Positions 29,031 through 40,685 are shown, numbered from the stretch's first letter. The stretch is 64,000 nucleotides of DNA from Candidatus Parcubacteria bacterium (GCA_963814275.1 CAWFCE010000001.1:387307-451306), one strand, 5' to 3'. Notes: a model not told the origin generated them from the sequence alone. A program made the numbers and translations.

Positions 29031-29828
29031 TTACGACTGTCCGATTACGAAATTCATTACTAGGTATCCCACCCCGAAGGGGGATTCGTAGGACAAGGGG
29101 CGCGGTTCGTAGTCCAGGCCGTCCAGTATTCCGAGCAGGATCAATATTGATTTGAGGCCGCATTCGCTCGCTTCACTCACTAGATCGGGGGGCAGAGCAG
29201 CGATAGCAGCGGTGTTTTTCGTCTTGAGAAGCTCTTTCAGTTTATTGTCGAATTTCTTGCCGCGGGGTGAGTATCCGCCCGGGGCATCTTTGGTCAGGCG
29301 GTGGGACAAATCGCCGGAAGCGATCACCGCCACCCGTTCCCGCGTTTTCATAAGCGTCGGCTGGAGTTGGCGGCCGAATTCGAGATGGGCCGAATTGTCG
29401 AGGCCTGAGTAGGTAAGGGGGATTATGCGCAGATTTTTGAGCTTTTCCGCCAGCATAACCAGGGGGATAGCCGCGCCATGATCAAGCGCTTCGCTCGTAT
29501 AGAATCTCAGCAAGCCGTTGGATTCGATCGGCGCCTTAAGCTTTTGCGCCAGTCCGGGATGGCCGTCCCATTCCGGTTTGGTGCCGAAATCGCCAAATTC
29601 CTCGAAATTCGCCTGATAGCGGAAATTTTGATTCAAGGCCATAGCTGAGTCCAGAATGGTTCCGTGCGGTGATATGATCAGGATGGTTTGGATCCGTTTG
29701 GCTTTTATTTCATCAGCCAGTACGGCATAGGCCTGGATGGTGTTTTTCAGGCGCTCCCTGTTCTCTTTGCCGATTGCCGGTATCAGTACCGGCGGATGGG
29801 GGACAATAGCGGCGAATTTTATGGACAT
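29031..29828 (-). CDS. LigB/Memo-superfamily protein (class III extradiol dioxygenase subunit B-like)
   Basis: Contains FAAIVPHPPVLIP, ILIISPHG and ASGDLSHRL. Confidence 0.6.
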   Translation of the reverse strand: MSIKFAAIVPHPPVLIPAIGKENRERLKNTIQAYAVLADEIKAKRIQTILIISPHGTILDSAMALNQNFRYQANFEEFGDFGTKPEWDGHPGLAQKLKAPIESNGLLRFYTSEALDHGAAIPLVMLAEKLKNLRIIPLTYSGLDNSAHLEFGRQLQPTLMKTRERVAVIASGDLSHRLTKDAPGGYSPRGKKFDNKLKELLKTKNTAAIAALPPDLVSEASECGLKSILILLGILDGLDYEPRPLSYESPFGVGYLVMNFVIGQS

Positions 29829-29901
29829 AGGGCAGATTGCGAATTACGAATGTCGAATGTCGAATATATTCGTCATTCGTAATTCGTCGTTCGACACTTG
29901 T

Positions 29902-31500
29902 CTAGGGATTTAATATACTATTGATTTCCTGCTGTAGCGCTTCATCGTCGGTAGTCGTGGCTACCGGAGTATCGATTATTTCCGGCGTGCCGGAGGCGGC
30001 GGTGGTTTCGTCTTCTGTAGTAGTGGCGGCTGTTCCTTCCTGGACTATGCCGTCTTCATCCGTATATATCTGGCTGATCGGTTGGCCTTCGGGATAGAGG
30101 TCGAATATTTTTTTCGGTACGGTAATGATATTGCCCCATTTGTATCCCAGGGCCTCGAAGATCGCACCGCTCGTGAAGGCGCGGCGGCTGCCATTGTCGA
30201 TAACGAAGACGCCCGGGCCGCCATCAAGCTTGATGAGCTCGCCGTCGCCGAAGATCGCCGGTTCGACTGTCTTGTAGCTGGCCAATTTCTCCGGGGTTTC
30301 CGGTATTATCACCCGGCCGCGGAACTTAGTCTGCAAAAGTACTTTATCCCAGAGCGGAGCTTTGGTTCCCTCAAATACGTAGAAGATGCCACCGGTCGAT
30401 TTATCCTGCAGGAGGGCTCCCATCGGGTAGCTTGATGTAGCGGTTATCGGCTGGCCTTCCTTATATACATTGATATCGTCCCAGCCGGCATTGACGATCT
30501 CTTCCGGGTTAATGCCGATCATCCGGAGCGCTTCCTGGCTATTGAAGCCGCGGCGGGTGTCGTCAACCAAGAGATATACCGTGCCGCGCGGACTGCGGAC
30601 GAGCGAATATTGCGCGAATTTGATCGGATCGCCCGTGGGGTATTTGTCCAGGTCGGATTGAGCTACGCTGACTATCTTATTCGGGTCATAGCGCGAGGTG
30701 AGAGCGCCCTTGGAGAGGAAAGGCCGGCGGTAGCCATTCTGGATAAGCCATACCCCGGGTTCGCCCCTGACCTGCATCAGGGTGTTGTTGGGGTATTGGC
30801 GGGTGAAATAGCGGTTCCAGATATTATAAAAATTATAATTTCCGTTATAGACATGCGGCGTATAGTTGTAGAGGGCGGCGGTCGCCTGGTTTTTGGGCTG
30901 GATGTTCATATCCGGCTTGTTGGTATTGGATACGCGGTAAGAATTACCCTGTTTATAGGTATAGAGCCGCGGATTTTGGAGATAATCGAAGAACTGGAGC
31001 GAAGCCGAATTGACCTGCTTGCCGAATCCGCGCCAATGGTCGTTGCAGCCGCCGCCGTCCGGACAGCCGTAGCCGGTCGCCCAGTCGAGCTGGCTCTGCT
31101 TGGGGCTTTTTTCCTCGATCAGGCTTTGCTCTTTTTGCAGAAGGACGATCAGGAATTTGGGGTTGATCGTCACCGGCTGGCACTTCAGGCGCCTTTCCGC
31201 TTCGGTCGGAGTGTCGGATAGGCTTACGCCGTCGCAGTCCCAGTTGTGGGCGGCGTCATAGATGATCTCGGCCGCGGTCTTCATTTTCCCTTCAAAATTG
31301 GGAAAGCTGTGGTAGGCGATATAGCCGCCCTTGGACTTGAGAAAAGCGTCGATTTCCTGAAGGGTCATTGAGTCAGCTTCGAGTATCTCCTGGTCGCTCA
31401 GGATGTAATTGGGGTCAAAACCGACCGCGAGCGTAGTGCCGGCGAGCGCAAAAATACCGATTATAGCGAAAATAGCGGAGTAAATCGAATGTTTTTTCAT
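29902..31500 (-). CDS. Secreted hypothetical protein (532 aa)
   Basis: N-terminal signal/anchor MKKHSIYSAIFAIIGIFALAGTTLA and a Thr/Asp-rich C-terminal tail. Confidence 0.55.
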   Translation of the reverse strand: MKKHSIYSAIFAIIGIFALAGTTLAVGFDPNYILSDQEILEADSMTLQEIDAFLKSKGGYIAYHSFPNFEGKMKTAAEIIYDAAHNWDCDGVSLSDTPTEAERRLKCQPVTINPKFLIVLLQKEQSLIEEKSPKQSQLDWATGYGCPDGGGCNDHWRGFGKQVNSASLQFFDYLQNPRLYTYKQGNSYRVSNTNKPDMNIQPKNQATAALYNYTPHVYNGNYNFYNIWNRYFTRQYPNNTLMQVRGEPGVWLIQNGYRRPFLSKGALTSRYDPNKIVSVAQSDLDKYPTGDPIKFAQYSLVRSPRGTVYLLVDDTRRGFNSQEALRMIGINPEEIVNAGWDDINVYKEGQPITATSSYPMGALLQDKSTGGIFYVFEGTKAPLWDKVLLQTKFRGRVIIPETPEKLASYKTVEPAIFGDGELIKLDGGPGVFVIDNGSRRAFTSGAIFEALGYKWGNIITVPKKIFDLYPEGQPISQIYTDEDGIVQEGTAATTTEDETTAASGTPEIIDTPVATTTDDEALQQEINSILNP

Positions 31501-31637
31501 ATTAAATGGGGATTATTGGCTTAAGTTAAATTGCCTGTCGACAATATGGATATTATACAATATTCGGGGTTAGAAAACAAATAAAATAGCCGCAGACTGA
31601 TCTTTCTGTCTGCGGCTATATCTTCAGTTGAGAGAGG

Positions 31638-32804
31638 TTAATCTCCGGTATATTGCGGCAAACTGCCGCGATTGCCGTTATAAGCGGAATAAAAAGTTAG
31701 ATCCGCCATGTCGATCCTCCCGCTGGCATTCATGTCGCCCAGGACAATCCCGGTAAACGGTAACAGGGGGTAGAGATATTGAGAAGGATATTGGTCGATA
31801 GTCGGCCGGCTGATAGATTTAAAAATGTTTCCGGAAATTACCGCTAAGTCGGCCATGTTGACATATGAATCGCGCCAATCGATACCGTCGTTGTAGGTGC
31901 CGACCAGATTGCCCACCAGATGCCAGGCATAGGTTATGGTCCCTGTTTGCCCGGTATCCAGATTGACAGAACGCACATTGGCGAATACCATTCGGTAGGC
32001 GAATGGTATATCGTAGTAAATGTTGTTGGTGTTCGCGTCAAATGACGCGATGTCGCCAAGCGCTTCCGGTTCGTGGGCCCTGTTGTAGGTCGAAAAGAGA
32101 TCGACCTGATAAGTATAATGGGCGAAATCCATGTTCTCTGCCGGATCTTGGACACCGATCAGCAAGCGGTGCGGTCCGCCATTGCGGTAGACCATACCGA
32201 TACGGGTGTCGGGCAAGGGATACCCGATATTAGCGGTGAATACCTCGAAATAATCCACCATCCGGTCTCCTGCCTCGTTAATCAGGACGATCTGGATTTG
32301 CCATGAGCCGGGCGCCAAATCGACGAAATCCTCGAACACGTTTTGATCGAAATCAAGGGTGTGTTCTGTCGTATCGATCTTGCCGTAATTTAGTCCGATC
32401 TTCGTAATATCATCCGGATGTTCAAGGAATTCGATCCAGAGCCCATCCGGCATTTCTTCAATGCGGATTTTTCCATGAAGAAATTTTAATCCGTCTTCAT
32501 AAACCACTATTTCATTGGAAAATCCACTTTCGTTGGCATCTGCATCATGGGCAGTTAATTTGAAGTAGTATACACCGGAACTACTCAACGTAATAACCGT
32601 AACGGTTTCGGTGCCAACACTGTCCCAGATCGGAAGATACGTGCCGCCCATGGGCTTCATATACAATGTATAGCCGGCCAGATCCGGTTCGGTGTTCGCG
32701 TCCCAGGCAATGGTCACAGGGAAGCTGGCTTCAGCTGCCTGGATCATGCCAAGCGCGAGCAAGGGCGCCATAGCCATTAACATTATGATTCGTTTTCTAA
32801 CCAT
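31638..32804 (-). CDS. Secreted protein with FN3-like N-terminal module and C-terminal dockerin-like duplicated segment
   Basis: Signal peptide ...GMIQAAEA. TIAWDANTEPDLAGYTLYMKP is FN3-like. The C-terminus has DWRDSYVNMADL and GDMNASGRIDMADL, which are DxNxxGxIDxxDL-type. Confidence 0.55.
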   Translation of the reverse strand: MVRKRIIMLMAMAPLLALGMIQAAEASFPVTIAWDANTEPDLAGYTLYMKPMGGTYLPIWDSVGTETVTVITLSSSGVYYFKLTAHDADANESGFSNEIVVYEDGLKFLHGKIRIEEMPDGLWIEFLEHPDDITKIGLNYGKIDTTEHTLDFDQNVFEDFVDLAPGSWQIQIVLINEAGDRMVDYFEVFTANIGYPLPDTRIGMVYRNGGPHRLLIGVQDPAENMDFAHYTYQVDLFSTYNRAHEPEALGDIASFDANTNNIYYDIPFAYRMVFANVRSVNLDTGQTGTITYAWHLVGNLVGTYNDGIDWRDSYVNMADLAVISGNIFKSISRPTIDQYPSQYLYPLLPFTGIVLGDMNASGRIDMADLTFYSAYNGNRGSLPQYTGD

Positions 32805-33208
32805 TTTTTGTCCTCCTTCCGTTTTGAAATATTTTTGTCTTATTTCCTCTCAAACTGAGTTTTCAATGATCTGTTTTCCTCCCTTGTGGATATAATATCA
32901 CACAAATATTAAATTTCTAATTTTGATGAAAGATATATATCCAGTAAACAGATGACCATAACACCAAACTTTAATTATGTCAATCAGTATTGTCAAATAA
33001 ATATTATTTAATATTGGTTAAAATATATTTTTGAGATACCCCTTGACAGATTGTTAATAATTTGTTAAGGTTCACTGTTTAACCATAGAAATAATAATGG
33101 TATCAATAAAAAATGTTTAATATTAGAAAATAATTAATTAATATAATATAAATTTTAATTCAATTACTATTTATTTTTGAATTATTAAAATTATTTAATA
33201 GAAGGTTT

Positions 33209-36200
33209 ATGAAAAATTTACAAACAGTAAAAAACTTTTCAAAGAATTATTTTTTGCAGGCGGCCTTGATCCTAATTTTTGGCTGTCTCATTTTGCCCGG
33301 CGTATCGTATGCCGCCAGTATCACGACCGATCAATCAAACTATACGGTCGCTCCCGGTTCGACTTTTGTCATTCCGGTGGTACTAACTGGTGCCAACGAT
33401 ATTCCTACGGTCGGCTTCGACCTGGGCTATGACCCGGCCGTTTTGACCTATGTCAGTATGACCCCGGGTTCTTTTATTGATGGCGGCTGCGCCTTGTTTG
33501 CCGACGCCAATGAAATCATGCCCGGTACCGTATCGGTGGCGATAAGCCGTATGTGCGGAACCGGTGTTACCGGAACCGGCGTCGTTGCCAATATCACCAT
33601 GCAAGCCGGCAATGCTCCCGGAACCGCTGATATAACTTTCGCCAATGCGGGTGTGTGCTATATGGATACTTCCTGCGATACGGCGACTTTTACCGGCGCG
33701 ACCGTAACGGTCCAGGCGGCGGTGAACAATCCGCCGGTTATAAGCGGAGTGACTGCCAACGCCGGCAACAACAGCGCGGCCGTTAACTGGACAACCAATG
33801 AGGCGGCTACCAGCCGCGTCGATTACGGTCCGACCGCCAGCTATGGCAGCCAAACGGCGCTTAATTCAACTTTAAGTACCGCTCATTCGGCAACTATTTC
33901 CGGCTTGAGCGAAAATACTACATATCATTACCGCGTCAGATCGGCCGATGGCCAGGGCGCGGAATCTGTCAGTGCTGATTATACTTTCACCACGGGTACC
34001 AGCCAAAACACGGTTCCGTTCGCGGGCAGGGTGGTTCAGGTGAAAGACAGCCGCACCTATTTTGATTTCGACTCTAAGCTTGACGCCAACTGGGAGTTGT
34101 GGCAGGAATTCGGCCTGACCCGCCAATACGAATTTTACCGCGCCTACGACGCCCCCTTCGGTTTCGGTTCGTATTCCGGCGCCGCGGAAGCGCTCGGCTT
34201 GCCGCAGAACCGCTGGCAGGCCGGCATCGTGACCAAGAACCGTTTTCACGTCGACAACGGAACTGATTACAATCTGTTGTTTTATGCCAAGGCTTCGGCC
34301 AACGCGGCGGTGAATCTGTACCTGCAGAACCCCACTACCTATCAAGCGGTGACCGATGTCAAAACTTTCGCTCTGACGGGCGACTGGCAGCGTTATATCA
34401 TGAACTTCGATCCCAGCCAAACGGTTGACGCGCTGGTCACTTACAGCTTCGGCGATCTGCCGGCCGGTGTGACGGTTTATTTCGACGGTTTGTCGCTTAT
34501 GAAGTCGAGTATGTCATTCAATACCCCTACCGTCAAAGGTAATATCGGCGATACCAACAAATCATTAAGCATTTCCAATATCGGTATTTATAGCACTGAC
34601 GACATCGAGGTCGAACTGCCGTATTACGATCCGGTCACCGGACAGGCAACGACCAAGCGCTATCACCCGGTCAGCATGACCACCGGCGATGTCAAGATCA
34701 ATATGCCTGAAGGCACTTTTTCCGGCGTCGGCAAGGTCTATGTCCTGGACAGCGAGATCGGCCAGTTCAACTATGACGTTTTGACCAGGATCACAAACAT
34801 TTATCCCAGCCAGGTAAGGGCGGATGAAGATGTGACGATCGTCGGCAGCGGTTTCGATCCGCGGATCAACGAAGGCAAGATCAATGTGCTGGTGCGCACG
34901 ATCGATACCAGCGGTAAGACCTACGAACATTGGCTCGAACCGCACACGATCGATTCTCTTTTGAAACAGGTGACTGTCACCCTGCCGACCGGTATCGTAA
35001 ACGGCAACCTCTATGTCCGGACGAATTTCTTCGATAAAGACGATAAAAACGTTGTCAACACATCGAACACATTGGCTTACAAAGTCAAACCGGTTATTTA
35101 TAACGTGCAATGGAGCGAACGCGGCTACGAACAGGTTGGCGATAAGCTTCTGATCTACGGCAAGGGCATCAGCAATGCCCCCAAAGTCAATTTTTACGCC
35201 GAAGACGGAACCAAGATCGAAACCAAAGCGGCCAAAGTCGTCGACATTTACAGCGATGAAGTGATCGAGGCGGTTTCTACCAGCAAAAGCAATGTCTATA
35301 AAGTTACGGTCGTAGCCGGCGGTGTCGAATCCGACCAGGAGCAGGCGCTGGAATTCATGGCCAAGCCGAAATTGACCAGTATGATCACCAAAAATAAACG
35401 CCGGCTCTATGCCAGCAACGAAGATATCAATGCCGCCAAAGTCGGCGAAGAGATCACTGTCCGCGGTTTCGGCCTGAAGCCGGGAACCGATCCGATCATC
35501 GTTGAATTCCAGGGCGTAGGAGGCAGGATCCAGACGCAAATTTCCGCTGATGCCGTCGCTACCGACAACCAAAGCCTGAAGGTGATGATACCCTCCGGCG
35601 TAGTCAACGGATATATGAATGTGCAGGTAAACGGCGAAGTTTCGAACAGCCTGCCGCTTGAGATCATACCGACCATCGAGTCGATCACGCCTGATCCGGT
35701 CGTACCGGGACAGGATGTCGCGATCCGCGCCCAGGGCGTGGGGAATAACCTGAACCTGGCCCGGGTGAAATTTTCGCTCGGAAACGGTTCTGAAGTGACG
35801 GTTGTACCCAGCGCGATCAATTATACCCCGCAGTATACGATGGTATACGCGAAAGCGCCGTTGTCCCTGCCCAACCAGAGCGGAACTATCCGTCTGCAGT
35901 ATGACAATTGGACTGATGATTCGAAACCGAATCTGAATGTCTATCCGACCATTACTAACGCCTCGTTCAATACCGATACCAGCATCCTGTCGATTCGCGG
36001 CTATGGATTCTCGATCAAACCGCTTGAAAACAAGATCACCTATATGTACGCGGACGAAAGCAGGACCGTGATCAATCCGAAAGTAAAATTACTCGGCGTT
36101 TATCCGACCGAAGAGGGACAGGAAATCCGGATCCAGGTGCTGGACGACTACCACTACGGTTGGGTGCGGGTACAAGTGGGCGACCAGGTGTCCAACGACG

Positions 36201-36433
36201 CCAACTTCGGCCCGGTATCCATCAGCCGGATTGCCCGCCGCGTCGAATACGTGAAAAGCCTTGACCGGGTGATGGGCGTGCTCTATATCAGCGGCTATAA
36301 CTTCGGCCCGAACGGCGGAGTCAAAGTTGGTGATAATTGGGCTGATGTCCATTACCGCTCCGACTTTTTCATAATCGCGGTGATCGACCAGCAATATGTA
36401 TATGATAACCCGGTTCTCGTTGCCAAGGAATAA
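33209..36433 (+). CDS. Large surface protein: cohesin-like module, FN3, then IPT/TIG-like repeats
   Basis: Signal/anchor, then APGSTFVIPVVLTGANDIPTVGFDLGYDPAVLTYVSMTPGSF (cohesin-like). FN3: TTYHYRVRSADGQG. Repeated Ig-like segments follow. Confidence 0.6.
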   Translation: MKNLQTVKNFSKNYFLQAALILIFGCLILPGVSYAASITTDQSNYTVAPGSTFVIPVVLTGANDIPTVGFDLGYDPAVLTYVSMTPGSFIDGGCALFADANEIMPGTVSVAISRMCGTGVTGTGVVANITMQAGNAPGTADITFANAGVCYMDTSCDTATFTGATVTVQAAVNNPPVISGVTANAGNNSAAVNWTTNEAATSRVDYGPTASYGSQTALNSTLSTAHSATISGLSENTTYHYRVRSADGQGAESVSADYTFTTGTSQNTVPFAGRVVQVKDSRTYFDFDSKLDANWELWQEFGLTRQYEFYRAYDAPFGFGSYSGAAEALGLPQNRWQAGIVTKNRFHVDNGTDYNLLFYAKASANAAVNLYLQNPTTYQAVTDVKTFALTGDWQRYIMNFDPSQTVDALVTYSFGDLPAGVTVYFDGLSLMKSSMSFNTPTVKGNIGDTNKSLSISNIGIYSTDDIEVELPYYDPVTGQATTKRYHPVSMTTGDVKINMPEGTFSGVGKVYVLDSEIGQFNYDVLTRITNIYPSQVRADEDVTIVGSGFDPRINEGKINVLVRTIDTSGKTYEHWLEPHTIDSLLKQVTVTLPTGIVNGNLYVRTNFFDKDDKNVVNTSNTLAYKVKPVIYNVQWSERGYEQVGDKLLIYGKGISNAPKVNFYAEDGTKIETKAAKVVDIYSDEVIEAVSTSKSNVYKVTVVAGGVESDQEQALEFMAKPKLTSMITKNKRRLYASNEDINAAKVGEEITVRGFGLKPGTDPIIVEFQGVGGRIQTQISADAVATDNQSLKVMIPSGVVNGYMNVQVNGEVSNSLPLEIIPTIESITPDPVVPGQDVAIRAQGVGNNLNLARVKFSLGNGSEVTVVPSAINYTPQYTMVYAKAPLSLPNQSGTIRLQYDNWTDDSKPNLNVYPTITNASFNTDTSILSIRGYGFSIKPLENKITYMYADESRTVINPKVKLLGVYPTEEGQEIRIQVLDDYHYGWVRVQVGDQVSNDANFGPVSISRIARRVEYVKSLDRVMGVLYISGYNFGPNGGVKVGDNWADVHYRSDFFIIAVIDQQYVYDNPVLVAKE

Positions 36434-36525
36434 GCGGCGTGCTATACTGGAATGATTGAAAATATAATATAACTACAATTGCCCCGCGGTAAATAACCGT
36501 GGGGCAATTGGGTATTTAGAAAAAT

Positions 36526-39500
36526 ATGATGTTTTTTAACCGTTTTTTAACCAACCGTAAACGCGCATTTATCATTATGCTTATGGCGGTGTTATCCATA
36601 ACTGTTTTGCCTCAGGTAAGTTTAGCGGAAGGATATGATTTTGACGCCGCGACATATTCGGTTGCCCCCGATCAGGACTTTACCGTGGGCGTAATTTTAA
36701 CGGATATGCAAAATGTTAATGGTATTGGCTTTGACCTGGTATTTGACCCTGCCGTAATATCTTTTGTATCGATGGATGTTGATGATTTATTTACTGATAC
36801 CGGTACTTGCCCTTATTTTCCCGCCGCCAGCGAAATAGCATCCGGAACGGTTGCCGTGGCGATAGCACGTTTGTGCGCAACCGGGGTAAGCGGCACTGGT
36901 GAAGTGGCGGTTTTTCATATGCATTCCAGCACAACACCGGGCAGCACTGCAGTTGACTTCAGCGGCCAAGTTATGGTGTGTTATCCTGATACATCCTGCA
37001 ACTACCTGGTTACCACGGATTCAGCTACCGTTAATGTCGTATCGCAGGATACCACCGCGCCGACCCTGGCTCAGGTCGCCCCGGTCCCAAGTCCGACCAA
37101 TGATACCACACCCAGTTATACTTTTTCCTCGAGTGAAGCGGGAATTATCAGTTATGGCGGCGATTGTTCTTCGGTCACGACCGATGCTATCGCCGGTGAT
37201 AATAATATTACCTTTGAAACTCTTTCCGCGGGTGTCCACAATAATTGCACTATCAGTGTTACTGATGCGGCCAACAACCAAAGTTCAGTTTTAAATGTCG
37301 GTTCATTTACGATCGACACATCTGCGCCGACCCTGGCCCAGGTAACGGCAGTGCCCAGTCCGACCAATGACACTACGCCGAATTATACTTTTTCCTCGAG
37401 TGAAGCCGGTACGATCTCATATGGTAACTGCCAGTCGGGTACTACGAATGCCGTAGCCGGCAGCAATACAATCACTTTTAATACTCTTTCCGCCGGAACC
37501 CATTCCAACTGTACGATTAGAGTAACTGATGCCGCCGGCAACCAAAGCTCGGTATTGTCTGTCAACTCATTCACGATCGACACCACCGCGCCGACCCTGG
37601 CTCAGGTCACCCCGGTTCCCAGCCCGACCAAGGATAATACCCCGGATTATACTTTTTCCTCGAGTGAAGCCGGTACGATCGTATATGGCAATTGCCAGTC
37701 GGGTACTACGAATGCTGTAGCCGGCAGCAATACAATCACTTACAATACTCTTTCCGCCGGAACCCATTCCAACTGTACCATCCGGGTGACCGATACAGCC
37801 GGCAACCAGAGCTCAGCATTGAGCGTAAACACTTTTACGATTGATACTACCAAGCCGGTAATCACAGTAACGGGCGCCAATCCGGTATCGATTAACAAAG
37901 GTCAGATATATTCTGATGCCGGCGCAACCGCCAGCGATAATTATGACGGCAATCTGACCGGTTCGATCGCAACCGGCGGTTCGGTCAATACTGATTTGGT
38001 TGGTGATTATACTATTTCCTATAATGTCAGCGATAGCTCAGGTAACACAGCTGACCAAAAGACACGTTTAGTCCATGTGGTCGATGGGGCCAAGCCGGTT
38101 ATTACCCGTCTGGGCTCAAATCCGGTCAATGCAGAGGCTAAAACTTCATACACCGATGCTGGTGCCACGGCCAGCGATGATGTCGATGGGGATATTACCG
38201 GTAATATTATAACGACCAATCCGGTAAATATAAATTTACTCGGCAATTATACCGTGCGATATAACGTATCCGATACCGCCGGCAATCCGGCTGACGAAGT
38301 TACCCGAACGGTGCAAGTGGTCGATACGACCAAGCCGGTTATTGCTTTGAACGGCGACAATCCAATGACGGTCGCTTACGGCAGTTCATACGTCGAACCA
38401 GGAGCCAGTGCCAGCGATAATTACGACGGTGATCTGACCGGTTCGATCGTTATTGGCGGTGATACGGTTGACGAGAACACTTCCGGTACATATAACGTGA
38501 CATATAACGTCATGGATACCTCAGGAAATTCGGCCGCTCAGGTTACGCGTGAAGTTACAGTGGGTAATCCTACTCCGGAAATTAATTTCGATCAGACGGA
38601 CTATCCGACAGATATAGCGACGAGCGTAGATGTCAGCTTGATTTTGGGTAGCGCGACAGATGTCGCGGGCGTTGGTTTTAATTTGAATTATGATACTGCG
38701 TTTTTGCGTTATCTTGGTTATACGGAAGGGGATTTTATTGGCACTGGTACCTGTTTTGGCCTGTCACTGGTTGATGAAACCGCCTCCGGTACGATTAGTG
38801 TATCTCTTAACCGTTTTTGCGGTACCGGCGTAACCGGTTCGGCCGGTCTTTTATCGCTAGAATTCCTGGCCAGCACATCGCCCGGAACGAGTGATTTGAC
38901 CCTTGGCCAGGCGGAAGTCAGTTATCCTGATACGAGCATCGGGACAGTTTTGGCGGATAGCGCCACTGTTACCGTGTCCTTGCCGGATACGACCGCGCCA
39001 GTCCGCTCGGGCGGCGCTCCGTCCGGCGAGTTGGCTGCCGGAACGACCCAGACGACATTGCAATTAACGACCAATGAGATCGCCGAGTGCCGCTATTCGA
39101 CCACGGCCAATACCGCCTTCGATACTATGACCGCTCTATTTACCAATACCAATTCCACTGCCCACTCTAAAACCATAAGCGGTTTGGGCAACGGCAATAG
39201 TTATAAATATTATATTCGCTGCCAGGACGGCAATGGTAACGCCAATTCTGACGATTACGCGGTCTCATTCTCCGTCAAATCCGCTTCATCCGGCGGCGGC
39301 GGTGGCGGCGGTGGCGGCGGCGGGGGATCATCCGGCGGAAGCAGCGGGGGAGGAACTTCCAGCGGGGGAGGAGGCACTACAGCTTCAGCCCCACCGGTAG
39401 TGACCGGAGCGTCATTAACCAAACAGGGAAAACAAATCACCATAAACTGGACCAACCCGGCCAGCGGATTGTACTCCAATATTATAATCATCCGTACCAC

Positions 39501-40338
39501 TGAAGCGATTGCCAGCCATATGACCTATGAAGCTATAGCCGGATTCGGTGAGAGCGTGTATGAAGGAACCGGTACGACTTACTCCGACCAGAAACTCGCG
39601 AATAACCTTACTTATTATTACGCCATCTTTACCACCAATACGGCCGGCCTATTTTCCGATCCGGTGATCTTGGTGAAGGCGGGCACCAGCGATAAGCCGG
39701 GCGGATCCGATACGAAGCCGACCCCGCCCGGAAAGGACAAAAAATACCAGAATTTGGGCGGCGTGGGGAGTGATATCGTCGAACAAGTCAGTGTCCAGGA
39801 AGCGGACGAGATCCTGTCGCAAACCCAGCGTATCGACCTCAATGACACCAGCAACCGCCTCTATCTGTTCATCGTCGGCCGCAGCCCGCACGATCTGAAA
39901 GACAACGAGAAATACGCGATCGCCTATTATATCCAGGACGGTACGCCGACGACCATCTCGCTGGGGGCAGGGGAGCGTACCGGCGTATTGAATTCCTACT
40001 TAGCGGCTTTCAACAAACTGCCCCGGCAGGAATCAGAATGGCAGGACGTGATCAAGATCGCCAACGGCCGCTGGCCGACGGAGAGGAACGAAACCATGGA
40101 AAAAAACGCCAAAGACAGTGTGTTCTCCGTTATCTATAAGAGGCACGCCGATGTAACGAACCAGAATGACGACGCGGCAGTGACGGTCATCGCCTACGGT
40201 CTCCGTCCGGCGAACCGCAACCTGGACAGCGAGAAAAACGCAATCAGGATCTACAAAGCGATTTTCGGCCACAACCCGGTCGAAGCCCAGGAATGGGATA
40301 TTGTGAGGGCAATCGCTTACAGCGGAGCGACGAGATAG
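36526..40338 (+). CDS. Giant surface protein: two cohesin-like modules, Ig-like and DUF5011/HYR-like repeats, FN3, Gly/Ser linker
   Basis: First cohesin-like block: VNGIGFDLVFDPAVISFVSMDV. Second cohesin-like block: VAGVGFNLNYDTAFLRYLGYTEGDF. There are three KPVITxxGxNP...DAGATASDxxDG units, and a poly-G/S tract at 39290-39375. Confidence 0.6.
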   Translation: MMFFNRFLTNRKRAFIIMLMAVLSITVLPQVSLAEGYDFDAATYSVAPDQDFTVGVILTDMQNVNGIGFDLVFDPAVISFVSMDVDDLFTDTGTCPYFPAASEIASGTVAVAIARLCATGVSGTGEVAVFHMHSSTTPGSTAVDFSGQVMVCYPDTSCNYLVTTDSATVNVVSQDTTAPTLAQVAPVPSPTNDTTPSYTFSSSEAGIISYGGDCSSVTTDAIAGDNNITFETLSAGVHNNCTISVTDAANNQSSVLNVGSFTIDTSAPTLAQVTAVPSPTNDTTPNYTFSSSEAGTISYGNCQSGTTNAVAGSNTITFNTLSAGTHSNCTIRVTDAAGNQSSVLSVNSFTIDTTAPTLAQVTPVPSPTKDNTPDYTFSSSEAGTIVYGNCQSGTTNAVAGSNTITYNTLSAGTHSNCTIRVTDTAGNQSSALSVNTFTIDTTKPVITVTGANPVSINKGQIYSDAGATASDNYDGNLTGSIATGGSVNTDLVGDYTISYNVSDSSGNTADQKTRLVHVVDGAKPVITRLGSNPVNAEAKTSYTDAGATASDDVDGDITGNIITTNPVNINLLGNYTVRYNVSDTAGNPADEVTRTVQVVDTTKPVIALNGDNPMTVAYGSSYVEPGASASDNYDGDLTGSIVIGGDTVDENTSGTYNVTYNVMDTSGNSAAQVTREVTVGNPTPEINFDQTDYPTDIATSVDVSLILGSATDVAGVGFNLNYDTAFLRYLGYTEGDFIGTGTCFGLSLVDETASGTISVSLNRFCGTGVTGSAGLLSLEFLASTSPGTSDLTLGQAEVSYPDTSIGTVLADSATVTVSLPDTTAPVRSGGAPSGELAAGTTQTTLQLTTNEIAECRYSTTANTAFDTMTALFTNTNSTAHSKTISGLGNGNSYKYYIRCQDGNGNANSDDYAVSFSVKSASSGGGGGGGGGGGGSSGGSSGGGTSSGGGGTTASAPPVVTGASLTKQGKQITINWTNPASGLYSNIIIIRTTEAIASHMTYEAIAGFGESVYEGTGTTYSDQKLANNLTYYYAIFTTNTAGLFSDPVILVKAGTSDKPGGSDTKPTPPGKDKKYQNLGGVGSDIVEQVSVQEADEILSQTQRIDLNDTSNRLYLFIVGRSPHDLKDNEKYAIAYYIQDGTPTTISLGAGERTGVLNSYLAAFNKLPRQESEWQDVIKIANGRWPTERNETMEKNAKDSVFSVIYKRHADVTNQNDDAAVTVIAYGLRPANRNLDSEKNAIRIYKAIFGHNPVEAQEWDIVRAIAYSGATR
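37048..37842 (+). repeat. Three tandem coding repeats of 264-267 nt (88-89 aa Ig-like units)
   Basis: Units start at 37048, 37315 and 37579 (DTTAPTLAQV...FTI). Units 2 and 3 are nearly identical at the nucleotide level. Confidence 0.85.
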
Positions 40339-40685
40339 GTGCCGGGAATCGGAGAACCCCTCGACTCGGCTCGGGACAGGCGTAAATCGGGTCAGGCCTT
40401 GAATTGTCAGGTTTAATTTATGTGTTTATAGTTATCGGCATAACTTAATCCCTCAATAAAACCCCAAACATTAATAAGTTTGGGGTTTTGATATTTTAAA
40501 AATCTGTTATTGCGTTGTATTTATTGACAAAAATCACGCATCACATATATACTAATAATTGTAAATTACCGGCAAATTCCTAATACCGGTATATCTAAGG
40601 CAAATTTTAACTATTTTTTAATAGAATTTGTGTTATAATGGTATTAGAATACAATTAAAATTATCCACAAGGAGGTACCTGAGCT